This document shows positions 28,515-38,375 of a stretch of 64,000 nt of DNA, piece by piece. The position numbers and the translations under genes are program-made. Position 1 is the first letter of the stretch; the number at the start of each line of letters is the position of its first letter. The DNA lies in assembly GCA_051531975.1 (NCBI GenBank), contig JAOPTT010000008.1, positions 73,263-137,262 on the forward strand, in the 5' to 3' direction. The stretch comes from Spirochaetaceae bacterium (GTDB lineage: Bacteria; Spirochaetota; Spirochaetia; DSM-2461). Under the pieces are notes generated by a model, which was not told the origin of the DNA, searched no databases, and saw nothing but the letters and a program-made list of their open reading frames with translations.

Positions 28515-30763
28515 AAAAATATATATTAATTTTACTTGTAATCTTTTTTGGATGTAAAAGTTCTGATACTAATTCAACGGAGCCATATAGTATTGAAACT
28601 AAGCATAGTAATGGACAGATAAAAACTAGACAATTTTTTATTCAAGAAATAGCAAATGGAAAGTTTGAAGAATTTGATAGTAGTGGTTCGTTATTAGAAG
28701 AGAGTGAATTTGTTAATGGTATACAAACCTCAGAAAATTTATATTCTAATTCTAGTATTACTAGTAAAAAGTTATTTGATGAGAAATCTGGAACTCTAAT
28801 TGCTGAATCTTATTACATTGATGAATTAATTCATGGTAACGCTTTAAAATACACTCCGACTGGAAATATTATTGTTAATGTTAATTACAATAAGGGTAAA
28901 AAAGATGGTAAGCAACAATTTTATTTTGATACTGGCGAGCTCCAGAGAGAAGAAAATTATATAAATGCTATAGAAGATGGAACCTTTTATACATATGACA
29001 TAAAAGGTTTACCACTAGAAATAACACCTTACATCAAAGGTCTATTATATGGAGATGTAGAAACTTTTTTTCCTACTGGTGAGTTAAAAAGTAAAATAGT
29101 TTATGTAAAAGGTATTAAACATGGAGATTCAATTTCATATTGGGCTCCAGAAACCTTAATGTTTTCCGGTAATTATCGTGACGGTAAAAAAGAAGGTATC
29201 CACTTAAATAATTTTGAAGATGGTTCTATTAGATCTGAAATAAATTATTTAAAAAATCATAAAAACGGATTCAACCAGATATATTCATCACCAGGAATAA
29301 TGCAAGAGAAAGGATTCTATATTAATGATAAAAAAGATAAAACTTATTATTCATATAGAAGTGATGGCATCTTAGAATCTGAAGTGGATTATATGAATGG
29401 TAAAAAAGATGGAATTGCAAAAAAATATTTTATGTCCGGAATATTAGAGAAAGAAGCAGATTTTAAAAATGATGCCCCATTCTCTTATATAAAAGAGTAT
29501 AGTAGGAATTCCCTTCCATATAAATTTAGTTATTATTTAGATTCTGTATTAACTAAAACTGAAGAGTATAGAACTACAGGTGTTATAGATAGAAGAGAGA
29601 TCTATATAAATGGCATAAAACAGAGGGTTTTAAGATACACAAGACACGGTAAATTAGAAAAAGACTCAATAAAAGAGGGATCTAAACTAACAGTTAAACG
29701 ATATTATGCAACTGGAAGTATAGAATCAGTTATAGTTACAGAAAATGATAAAACAATATCTAAAGAAAATTATGATAGAAAATTCTCTGATTCACTGGTT
29801 TTTAATGAAATAATTGGAACTACTAAATATGAAACTACATATAATACTAGAGATGAACTCTTAAAATACAATGAATATGAAAATGATATTCTTAAATTAG
29901 AAATATCATATAATAATAGTTATCCAACAATGTATACAAATATAATTGATGGTAAAAGCTCTGAGTTTTATGACAAAGGTGTTATAAAATCATATACTCT
30001 TAAAAAAAATGGTAGGCTAAATGGTAATAGTTTAGAGTACTGGAAAACAGGTGAAATTAAATCTTTAAAATCATATTCAAATGGTTTACAAGATGGGCTG
30101 TTTACTGTTTACAGTAGCCCTAGAGTTTTAAAAGAGAGTACTTTTTATATAAAAGGTAAAAAAGATGGACTTTATAAATCATATTTTGATAATGGTAAAA
30201 TTGAATCTGAAATAATCTACAAAAATGATCAAAAAATTGGTTTAGAAGTATATTATTATGACAATGGTATGATAAAAGACCAAATTAATTTTGCTGAAAA
30301 CGGTAATTACATATATCAAAAAAACTTTCAAGAAAATGGGTTTTTACTCTCAAATAAAGAGTATAAAAACAATAAAATTATTAAAGACGAATCATTTTAT
30401 TCTACAGGTATAATAAAAAAACAAATTACCAATAACGATGGAAATAAAATATTAACAACTTATTTTTCAAATGGTAGAATTGATACCATGGAGAAATACC
30501 AGGGTGATAAAGTTATTTCTTCTGAAACATTTACAATGTTACCTACTGAGAAAACAGAAGAGACCATTCTTGAAAACAGAACAATTAAGATAAAATATGA
30601 TGATTCTGGAAATCGATTAAAATATGAAGTACGAATAGATGATAAAAAAGTAATTGAGGTATTTTATGAAAATGGATTACCAACTATTTTTAGGGATAAA
30701 ATACAAGGATTTGTTAGAACATTTGATACAGATGGAACACTGTTAAAAAATAATAAACTCTAA
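28511..30763 (+). CDS. Lipoprotein with many MORN-variant (YwqK-like) repeats
   Basis: Lipobox IFFG-C; recurring Y..G..(D/N)G....Y...G pattern; TTG start overlapping upstream stop. Confidence 0.8.
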   Translation: MKKYILILLVIFFGCKSSDTNSTEPYSIETKHSNGQIKTRQFFIQEIANGKFEEFDSSGSLLEESEFVNGIQTSENLYSNSSITSKKLFDEKSGTLIAESYYIDELIHGNALKYTPTGNIIVNVNYNKGKKDGKQQFYFDTGELQREENYINAIEDGTFYTYDIKGLPLEITPYIKGLLYGDVETFFPTGELKSKIVYVKGIKHGDSISYWAPETLMFSGNYRDGKKEGIHLNNFEDGSIRSEINYLKNHKNGFNQIYSSPGIMQEKGFYINDKKDKTYYSYRSDGILESEVDYMNGKKDGIAKKYFMSGILEKEADFKNDAPFSYIKEYSRNSLPYKFSYYLDSVLTKTEEYRTTGVIDRREIYINGIKQRVLRYTRHGKLEKDSIKEGSKLTVKRYYATGSIESVIVTENDKTISKENYDRKFSDSLVFNEIIGTTKYETTYNTRDELLKYNEYENDILKLEISYNNSYPTMYTNIIDGKSSEFYDKGVIKSYTLKKNGRLNGNSLEYWKTGEIKSLKSYSNGLQDGLFTVYSSPRVLKESTFYIKGKKDGLYKSYFDNGKIESEIIYKNDQKIGLEVYYYDNGMIKDQINFAENGNYIYQKNFQENGFLLSNKEYKNNKIIKDESFYSTGIIKKQITNNDGNKILTTYFSNGRIDTMEKYQGDKVISSETFTMLPTEKTEETILENRTIKIKYDDSGNRLKYEVRIDDKKVIEVFYENGLPTIFRDKIQGFVRTFDTDGTLLKNNKL

Positions 30764-32277
30764 ATCTGATCTCTAGTACGTTGGAGATGTACAATTTGAG
30801 TTAATACATCTTCAAAGTCTCTATCTATTTGTATCAAGTCTTTTTTCTGCTTTACAATATTTGCATTTATTATTTTTCTCTGCAGATCATACTTTTTTAC
30901 TTTATCCGAGTTATTTTTTGAAAGACTTCCACTAATAATACCAGAGATAGTGGCACCTCCAGTTGCTATAAGTAGTTTTCCAGCAAGATCACTAGAGTCT
31001 CCGGAATCTGTTGATAAATAATCTTGGTAATTATCATATACATAATAACCAAATACTGCTGCGCCTAAATATGAGAAGAAACTAACCCACCCTGATTTTC
31101 TTGCGAACTCTTTTCTAGAATCTCTAGTATCAATACTGTTTAAGTGTTTCTCTAGTTTATCCTCTTCATTAACAATATCTTTTTTTAGGTTAATTCTTCT
31201 AATTTCTAATAGCTCTTTCTCATTTGTTAACGACTCTATTTTTCTATCAATAACAGCAAACTCATTCTTACTTAAATTTTTAGCAGGAATTGTTAAAATA
31301 ATTGGGATTAAACTTTCATCTATTATATCTACAAAAATTTCTTCAGAATATTCTTCAGATATAAATTTTATAGTATAACGACCAGGTTCTAAGTCTGAAA
31401 AATATAGTTCCTCATCTTTTTGTAAATAAGCAATATAATCTCCATCTAAATAGATTTTACCTTCTGTATTAGATATAAAAGTTATAGATCCCAACAATGA
31501 ATCTGGAGTAGTTATTGTGGGAGAATACTCAGCATTATAAAAATACACTTTTTCTTTAAATACGTTAATCATGGTAGGTTCTTGTTTACCACCACTATTT
31601 CTAAATACATCTTGTGTAACATTTGTCATAACATCTAGAATTGTTTCATTTTCTGATTTCATAAATTTTAAAAATGACTCGGTGAATGGACTGTTTCTAC
31701 CATCACCATCATCCGCAGTGTTTCCGTCAGAAGTAGCGTATATGATAGCTGTATTACGAATCTCAGCACTATTTGATGAAGGAGTACTAACCACATTCAG
31801 CCCTCGACTCCCACCTCTAGTACTATCTTTATATGGATTATCTCTACAGGAATCAAGAATAACTATATTTGTTCGAGATTGTGAAGATTTAAGCTCTCCT
31901 AAAATCCAGTCTAGATTTACACTCTTATATTTAAGATCATTTTCAGAATTTATTATTTCGTTAACGGGAATAAGATAATTACTATTTTCGATTTGGGCAG
32001 CGTGGCCTGCATAATATAATATAACCATAGAGCCATCTGTAAGATTAAGACTTAAAGTGGATATTGCAACTTCCATATCCTGTTTATTACCATCGATAAC
32101 TGTAGTTACATTATATCCTAACTCATTAAAACTATCTGAAACATCATATGCATCATTAATAGTATTTATTAAAGGGTTTTTATTATAGTTACCATTTCCT
32201 ATTACAAGGACAAACTTATCCTCCGCAATTAATATAAAACTTATACTTATATGTAAAAGCAGATAGATATATTTCAT
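30760..32277 (-). CDS. Exported caspase-family (peptidase C14) protein with PEGA-like middle, coiled coil and C-terminal hydrophobic hairpin
   Basis: Signal peptide; LVIGNGNY, L.N..NDA, YYAGHA (His 32002), ILDSCRDNP (Cys 31846), DGDGRNSPFT, Q.P. Confidence 0.88.
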   Translation of the reverse strand: MKYIYLLLHISISFILIAEDKFVLVIGNGNYNKNPLINTINDAYDVSDSFNELGYNVTTVIDGNKQDMEVAISTLSLNLTDGSMVILYYAGHAAQIENSNYLIPVNEIINSENDLKYKSVNLDWILGELKSSQSRTNIVILDSCRDNPYKDSTRGGSRGLNVVSTPSSNSAEIRNTAIIYATSDGNTADDGDGRNSPFTESFLKFMKSENETILDVMTNVTQDVFRNSGGKQEPTMINVFKEKVYFYNAEYSPTITTPDSLLGSITFISNTEGKIYLDGDYIAYLQKDEELYFSDLEPGRYTIKFISEEYSEEIFVDIIDESLIPIILTIPAKNLSKNEFAVIDRKIESLTNEKELLEIRRINLKKDIVNEEDKLEKHLNSIDTRDSRKEFARKSGWVSFFSYLGAAVFGYYVYDNYQDYLSTDSGDSSDLAGKLLIATGGATISGIISGSLSKNNSDKVKKYDLQRKIINANIVKQKKDLIQIDRDFEDVLTQIVHLQRTRDQI

Positions 32278-32291
32278 TAAAACTCCAATAA

Positions 32292-32318
32292 AACTGAGGT
32301 AACAAAATTACCTCAGTT
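32292..32318 (-). terminator. 11-bp hairpin between the lipoprotein and caspase genes
   Basis: AACTGAGGTAA-5 nt-TTACCTCAGTT, then TTATT and the GGAG SD of the caspase. Confidence 0.65.
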
Positions 32319-32332
32319 ACATTATTATATAA

Positions 32333-33016
32333 TTAAAAGTCTGATTTCTCAGTAATGTTTTCTTTGATACTCTTTGTCATAGCTGTATTGATATCAGCAA
32401 TAACTTGCTTATATTCAGGATTTAATTCTAAAATATTATTAAATGCAGCTTCTTGTAATTTTTGTGTTTGGTCTAAAATAGCATCAGTCATACTAACACA
32501 AACCCAACCCTTATATTTGTTACCTTCTTCAGCCTTTTCAGCATGTTTACCAATAATCTTCATAGTTGAAAATTGTGTAGTAGTAATAGAGGCAGTAAAG
32601 TTATTTGTTTGGTTTTTGATATCATTTACAAATTTTGTTGATTCTTCTGCATCTGCACCACTATCTGCTACAACTTGCTTAATATAATCATTAGTTTGTG
32701 AAGACTGAGATATATTAGTTACAACTTGAACTAAATATCTTGAGATCTCAACAGAAACTTTTCTAGTTGCATCTTCAATTGCATCAGACTCTGTCGCATT
32801 AGTAGGTTCATCTGAAATACCAACAAAAAGTTTTACTTTCTGCTCAACACCTTCAGCAACATCTCTATACTGATTTTCTAAGGCATCAATATCTTTTGTC
32901 CACCAACTATTTGGTAATTCACCAGCTCTTCTAGGCGCCTCTTTTTCTGTGCTGGCACATCCAGTAAAAAATGCTAAAGCAACTAATACAACTAAAAACT
33001 TTGATATAATTTTCAT
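32333..33016 (-). CDS. Lipoprotein, LPP20-like
   Basis: Lipobox FFTG-C; LP.WW, FVG.S, A...A.....EIS pattern; strong GAGGAG SD. Confidence 0.65.
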   Translation of the reverse strand: MKIISKFLVVLVALAFFTGCASTEKEAPRRAGELPNSWWTKDIDALENQYRDVAEGVEQKVKLFVGISDEPTNATESDAIEDATRKVSVEISRYLVQVVTNISQSSQTNDYIKQVVADSGADAEESTKFVNDIKNQTNNFTASITTTQFSTMKIIGKHAEKAEEGNKYKGWVCVSMTDAILDQTQKLQEAAFNNILELNPEYKQVIADINTAMTKSIKENITEKSDF

Positions 33017-33040
33017 TATATACTCCTCTTTTATATTTTT

Positions 33041-35293
33041 TTATTTAGTAATAGTGTAATAACTTGTTGCTACTGCACTATTCATATCCAAATCACTGTT
33101 TATTCTATTTTCTATATTTATCCCTCTGATACCAGAGTATAAAAATCCATCTTTATAATTATCTGAAACTAAATCTGAAAACTGTTTTGCAGAAAAGACA
33201 GCTTTTAAACTCTCTGTTCCAAATGGTTTACCTAAAGAAAATTTAAAGGGATAACTGCCATCACCAATTGTATAATGAGTACCAGCTTGTAACTTATTGT
33301 TTTTATCGAACTTATTAGGAAATACTAAAGTTAGTTGATTATCAGCTGAAATGTGATAAATTTTTACATATCCACTAACTGGAGTAAAAATATTTATTAT
33401 CATATCTTCACCATTAGTATAAATTGAACCATTTCCCTTATCTGGCCATACATCAAAGCCCTTTTGATTCTTAACCCCTTGGAGTTTTTTATCTAAAGAG
33501 ACAATATTGTTAAAATTAGGTGGTATGGTACCAATTCCAACTGGTATAGAGTTTTTGGGGAACTTTAATACTTCTGAATAAAGTACTCTACTGTTTTTTA
33601 TGTTTTTTACACTAATATTTAATTCAATCTCATTGCCATGAACCCAATAGTTACCATAGGCAATATTTTCGACTAATAAATTATCGGTTGATGTACCTTC
33701 ATATATTGTTTTAGGATTTATATTTTTACTAGTTAAAAAATCTGTTACCGATTTATAATCAACGATATGAAAAGAACCTTTATTAGCTATTGAAGTAAAT
33801 AGTTTACCTTTAACATAGTTAGAAAACTCAGAACTGATACTTGTATCTTCAATAGTAAACTCCCCTATAGTTAATTCAAGATCGGATTTAGTTTTGCTAC
33901 TTAAGTTAGATGCAAAACTAGCTAATCTAACATCAATTAAACTATTAACACTAAGTGCTTGGGTAACTTTATTAGACTTATTTAGAATAATTTGTATCTT
34001 ATCTTTGTAAATTATTATCCAAGAAACTGGTGAATCAACACTGTCTTTTATGGATTTGATATCTTGTTTTTCTGTTTTTGTTATAAAGTGAGATTTAACA
34101 GCCTCTGAATAGTCTAATCCAATACTACTTTTTAAATCGTAAGAACTTGAAACATAACCCTGCGATAAAAGAAGATCATCTTCTAAATATCTTAATAATG
34201 TTGATAATTGCTTATTTTTCTCTGATTCTTCTAACGTTTTATTAATTGATAATTGATTTATCTGTCTTAAAGTATCTTCACTCTGCTTAAACAGAAGTTC
34301 AGAGTCATCTCTTAACTTAGTTATAGAGTTGGAATTATAACTTAACCTACTAAGAATAGCATTAAGTCTAATTTTTTGTGACTCTTCATCTCCTAATACT
34401 TCAAGCTCTGCAGCTAAAAACTGTCTATTTAACTCCTCAGTTAAAACTGTAGTTTTCATATCAAAGTTTTCTAATTCAGCAGATTTAAATTCAGCTTTTG
34501 TAAAAAACTCTGATGATTCTTTTATAAAAAATTCTAACTCTATCATTTCAATTGGGTTTTCTACTAATTGAGATTTAAGAAGTTCATTTTTTCTATATGT
34601 AATATTAAGATCGTTTGTTAATACTTTAATATTTTTAACAATATCGTTACTTTTTTGACTTAAAGTTAAACCTTCTCTACTTGTATCCATTATTTCAGTA
34701 TATATAGACATATTTTTAATTTTTTCAGTTACCTGATTCATTTTAATTTCAATTTTAGTTAATTCAGAAAATTCACTCAATATGGCGTCATATAACTCTC
34801 GTGATACTTTAGAATAATCTTCACCTTGTCTTAATACTTCGGCAGTTCTTTCATTCTCAATATCGAGTTCAACTTGCTTCTTTATTATTTCAACAGATTT
34901 TTTATCGATAGATGCCATAATACACCAACGGTTAGTAGATTCATCACTCCATAATTCTCTAATTTCGATAGAATTTAGTCCTTTTTCTCTAGAAGAGACA
35001 TCAACTTTACTACTAGTGGATTGTTTAATGTCTGTTTCCCCATTTTCGAAGCTAACATCTTTAACAAATTTATCAACAGAGGAGACTTTAACACCAAAAT
35101 ATTCAGATATTTCTTTATATAATCCCTTCTTTACTAAATCTCTACTACTAGCAGGTCCAAAAACAAAAAAGATCTCATTTGCTGTGTTAGCTGGTTTAAT
35201 TTCTGCCCACTGGGGAAGGTCTTTTTGTGTAGAAACACAGGAGGTAAGGATAAACAACAGTATTATATTTACAGATATAACTTTTTTTTTCAT
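33041..35293 (-). CDS. Large lipoprotein: LPP20-like N-terminus, coiled coil, FlgO/TolB_N-like domain, C-terminal DUF4384-like domain
   Basis: Lipobox LTS-C then LPQW; C-terminal VWPDKG...Y..GE...GYV.IYHISAD....LVFPN...PFGTE.LK..S; start set at ATG 35293. Confidence 0.7.
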   Translation of the reverse strand: MKKKVISVNIILLFILTSCVSTQKDLPQWAEIKPANTANEIFFVFGPASSRDLVKKGLYKEISEYFGVKVSSVDKFVKDVSFENGETDIKQSTSSKVDVSSREKGLNSIEIRELWSDESTNRWCIMASIDKKSVEIIKKQVELDIENERTAEVLRQGEDYSKVSRELYDAILSEFSELTKIEIKMNQVTEKIKNMSIYTEIMDTSREGLTLSQKSNDIVKNIKVLTNDLNITYRKNELLKSQLVENPIEMIELEFFIKESSEFFTKAEFKSAELENFDMKTTVLTEELNRQFLAAELEVLGDEESQKIRLNAILSRLSYNSNSITKLRDDSELLFKQSEDTLRQINQLSINKTLEESEKNKQLSTLLRYLEDDLLLSQGYVSSSYDLKSSIGLDYSEAVKSHFITKTEKQDIKSIKDSVDSPVSWIIIYKDKIQIILNKSNKVTQALSVNSLIDVRLASFASNLSSKTKSDLELTIGEFTIEDTSISSEFSNYVKGKLFTSIANKGSFHIVDYKSVTDFLTSKNINPKTIYEGTSTDNLLVENIAYGNYWVHGNEIELNISVKNIKNSRVLYSEVLKFPKNSIPVGIGTIPPNFNNIVSLDKKLQGVKNQKGFDVWPDKGNGSIYTNGEDMIINIFTPVSGYVKIYHISADNQLTLVFPNKFDKNNKLQAGTHYTIGDGSYPFKFSLGKPFGTESLKAVFSAKQFSDLVSDNYKDGFLYSGIRGINIENRINSDLDMNSAVATSYYTITK

Positions 35294-35361
35294 TTTTATT
35301 CCTATTGTAAATTTATTATTAATAACAATTATATAAAAAAGTGATACTTTATTAAACAATA

Positions 35362-36144
35362 TTAATCTAAATAAATAAATAAAAAACATGGGGAAAGGCA
35401 AATGTGCCAAATCTGTCCATAATCGATAAAACTTATATGTCCTTTATCTTCTAATTGATTTAAGTGGTTTTTAATTTTTTTAAATAGCATATAATCATTT
35501 TTTTTATACCATTTTTGTTCAATATCAACAGTATAACCATATAAATGGGACGATTCATTTGGTGTGATATGACCTCGATTAAGTAATATGTTTTGATATT
35601 CTAAACTTCTTAAAGTATTTGTAACAACAATAGGTGTATCTAAATCTTTACATAATTTATTTAGAAAATTATACATTGGTACTGGAGCATAGGGTAAAAA
35701 CATTCCTGAACTATTTTTTAATGGATTGTTGGTTAACTTTAAAAATAGTCTTTTAAGCTTTGAAATATTCTCTTTACCAGGCTCAACTTCTAAATATGTA
35801 AAAAGATGTTCTCTATCAGAAAAATGAATTAATGTCTCATCGTTATATATTTCTATGTTTGTTTTATAACTTTTAAAGCCTGAATACCAGTAACTATCAA
35901 GCTGCTGTTGCAAAAGAACTTTAAACGTGAAAACGAGTTGTTCGTGGCTCATCATGTGTGTTAGTGGGAACTCATTAACAAAAGAATTAAAAACTATATC
36001 AAAATTGGATAGGACATCAACACCATCTGTTGATCTAAAAAAAGTATTAGGCAGACCATTAACTTTACATATCTCATGGTTTTCATTTAGTAATCTTGAT
36101 ACGAGCTCTTTATACTCTTTAGGTTTATATTTCAGTCTATCCAC
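35362..36144 (-). CDS. DUF5715-like protein, Hedgehog/DD-peptidase (M15-type) Zn fold
   Basis: VTNTLRS..YQ..L, SSHLYGYTVDI (SxHxxGxxxD), distal WHI. Confidence 0.65.
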   Translation of the reverse strand: MDRLKYKPKEYKELVSRLLNENHEICKVNGLPNTFFRSTDGVDVLSNFDIVFNSFVNEFPLTHMMSHEQLVFTFKVLLQQQLDSYWYSGFKSYKTNIEIYNDETLIHFSDREHLFTYLEVEPGKENISKLKRLFLKLTNNPLKNSSGMFLPYAPVPMYNFLNKLCKDLDTPIVVTNTLRSLEYQNILLNRGHITPNESSHLYGYTVDIEQKWYKKNDYMLFKKIKNHLNQLEDKGHISFIDYGQIWHICLSPCFLFIYLD

Positions 36145-36176
36145 ACTTTCTATTTACACATTCTTGGAGTCAAAAG

Positions 36177-36770
36177 TCAATTAATTTTTTTTCGTCTCGG
36201 TTTTTTTTTAGGTTTTTTAACTGCATATCCAAATTCTCCAACCTTTTGACCAATTTTTCTATATTCTCTATGGGAGTAACATATTAATTCACTTTTATTA
36301 AGATCAAACTTTCCTGTGTCATCTAAATATTTATCATCTATTGTTGTAGAGACTACTTCTGCTAAAAACATATGATGAGAACCTAAATCTTTAATTTCAG
36401 TAACTTTACACTCTATACTTATAGGGGATTCATTAACTAAAGGAGCTTTTACAATTTCAGCTCGACCTTTAGTAAAACCACACTCTTTAAATTTATCGAA
36501 ATCTCTACCAGATTTTACACCACACCAGTCAGTCCCTCTAGCCATCGGAGCTGTAGTTAAATTAATAACAAACTCCATACTCTCTTTTATAATATCAAAT
36601 GAGTGTCTTTCAGGCCGAATTGAGATGTAACACATAGGAGGATTTGTACATATTGTTCCTGTCCATGCAATTGTTATTAAATTATCTCCATGTGTTTTAG
36701 ACGAACAGCTGACAAGAGCTGCAGGTACAGGATAAACAAGATTACCCGCTTTCCACCGAACTTTACTCAT
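36177..36770 (-). CDS. Flavin reductase family protein (flavoredoxin-like)
   Basis: YPVPAALVSC, TIAWTG, ISIRPERHS, CGVKSGRD.DKF, ECKV, LGSH; start set at ATG 36770. Confidence 0.88.
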   Translation of the reverse strand: MSKVRWKAGNLVYPVPAALVSCSSKTHGDNLITIAWTGTICTNPPMCYISIRPERHSFDIIKESMEFVINLTTAPMARGTDWCGVKSGRDFDKFKECGFTKGRAEIVKAPLVNESPISIECKVTEIKDLGSHHMFLAEVVSTTIDDKYLDDTGKFDLNKSELICYSHREYRKIGQKVGEFGYAVKKPKKKPRRKKIN

Positions 36771-37650
36771 GGGGAACAAATCCTTCACCAAAAACATCTC
36801 TTGCTTCTGATAAAAATACAAAGGCATTTTTATCTATATTTTTTACAAGATTTCTTAATTTAGGGATCTCTCGTTTTCTTAAAACACATAGAAGTACAGT
36901 TTTTTCGGTCCCTGAATACATTCCTTTTCCATGTAATCCTGTAACACCTCTATCTAATGTGCTTAATATCTCTTGGGCGATTTCATCACTTTTGTTTGAT
37001 ACAATGTAAGCAGCTTTAGAGAAATTTATACCTAGAAGAACTGCATCAATAACTACAGTTGTAATATATAGAGAAATTGCAGCATATAAACCAAGTTCAA
37101 TACTTTTAAATACAATTGCCGCGGACATTAATACTAAAACATCTATAACTAATAAAATCTGACCAATACTAATAAATGGTATCAACCTATGCAAAATTTT
37201 TGCAAGGAGATCTGTACCACCAGTTGTAGCACTACACCTTATCACAAGTCCTAAACCAAGGCCTAATATCGCACCACCAAAAATAGCCGCTAATAGAACA
37301 TCATATGTAGGAACTGGTATTACAGAAAATATATCTATAAAAGAACCTAAAAAGATAGTTGCAAACAGAGATTTAACTCCAAAGGATGGTCCAAGTGTTA
37401 ATAAACATAATAAAAAAATAGGTATATTTAATAAAATACTAAGTTTACCTACTTGGATTATTGGTACAAAGCTATTAATAACCATTGCAGCTCCGGTTAC
37501 TCCACCACTTGCAATATTATTTGGTACTAAAAAAATACCAAGACCAATAGCTGCTAAAATACAACCTACAATAATCCCAATATATAGTTTCCAATCTTTG
37601 ACTTCTTTAATTAGTCCGTTTATTAGAGTATTTGTTAATTTTTTTGTCAC
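36763..37650 (-). CDS. YitT family membrane protein
   Basis: PNNIASGGVTG, NIP, TTGGTD, RGVT...GMYS, IDKNAF, VFGEGF. Confidence 0.9.
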   Translation of the reverse strand: MTKKLTNTLINGLIKEVKDWKLYIGIIVGCILAAIGLGIFLVPNNIASGGVTGAAMVINSFVPIIQVGKLSILLNIPIFLLCLLTLGPSFGVKSLFATIFLGSFIDIFSVIPVPTYDVLLAAIFGGAILGLGLGLVIRCSATTGGTDLLAKILHRLIPFISIGQILLVIDVLVLMSAAIVFKSIELGLYAAISLYITTVVIDAVLLGINFSKAAYIVSNKSDEIAQEILSTLDRGVTGLHGKGMYSGTEKTVLLCVLRKREIPKLRNLVKNIDKNAFVFLSEARDVFGEGFVPHE

Positions 37651-38114
37651 TAAATCCCTTTTTCTTTTTTAATATGGTTATATGATTCCTGCATAACTTT
37701 AAATCTGTTTTCAGCTGCTGCTTGGTCAGAATCAGATAATCCTTTACTTGCTAATCTGTCAGGATGGTACTGTGAAACTAACTTTCTATAAGTTTTTTTA
37801 ATATGATCATTACTATCTGCTCTATTACAACCTATATCAGAATAACACTTATCTGTAGCACCTGTTTGAAAGTTATTAAAATCACCAGAATATCCCGTAT
37901 TATAACTTCTACTATTCTGATTAAACTGCTCATAAAATCTTCTATATGCATCTTCAGTATTTTGGTTATTTCTACTTCTATTAGTTGTTCCAAATAGAAG
38001 AGAATCAACACTCCTACCAACATTAGAACCAACAACTGCTCCAATAATCATTCCAAAGAGTCCCAGAAAGGAACCCATAAAAAAACCTATAATTCCACCT
38101 ACTATTTTAAACAC
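37650..38114 (-). CDS. Membrane-anchored J-domain co-chaperone (short DjlA-like)
   Basis: N-terminal Gly-rich TM; IKKTYRKLVSQYHPDRL with intact HPD. Confidence 0.85.
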   Translation of the reverse strand: MFKIVGGIIGFFMGSFLGLFGMIIGAVVGSNVGRSVDSLLFGTTNRSRNNQNTEDAYRRFYEQFNQNSRSYNTGYSGDFNNFQTGATDKCYSDIGCNRADSNDHIKKTYRKLVSQYHPDRLASKGLSDSDQAAAENRFKVMQESYNHIKKEKGI

Positions 38115-38375
38115 TATAAACTCCTAAGTTAAATATAGCTATTATCTACACAACAGTCTATTAAATATTTATTAACAATATGTAATCTTTATTGTCAAAG
38201 GATTTAACCAGTATATATGTTAATAACGAAGAAACAAAGAGTTAGGGCACGATATTAACAGTTACTATTAAAATTGATTTTTAATTGCATTCAAATAATA
38301 AATACTTTACAAATATATTAGGTTGTACTAAATTAATGAAATATTTGATTTCTGTATCACAAAAAAGGATGTTTT

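Noticed and set aside
28511..30763. Toxin-antitoxin system (YwqK antitoxin label)
   Set aside because: Similarity is only to generic MORN-variant repeats; no toxin gene adjacent; the protein is a lipoprotein
38115..38375. Riboswitch, sRNA or dif site in the 260-bp divergent spacer
   Set aside because: No recognisable aptamer motif; TTAAC...GTTAA spacing does not fit dif; two promoters explain the length
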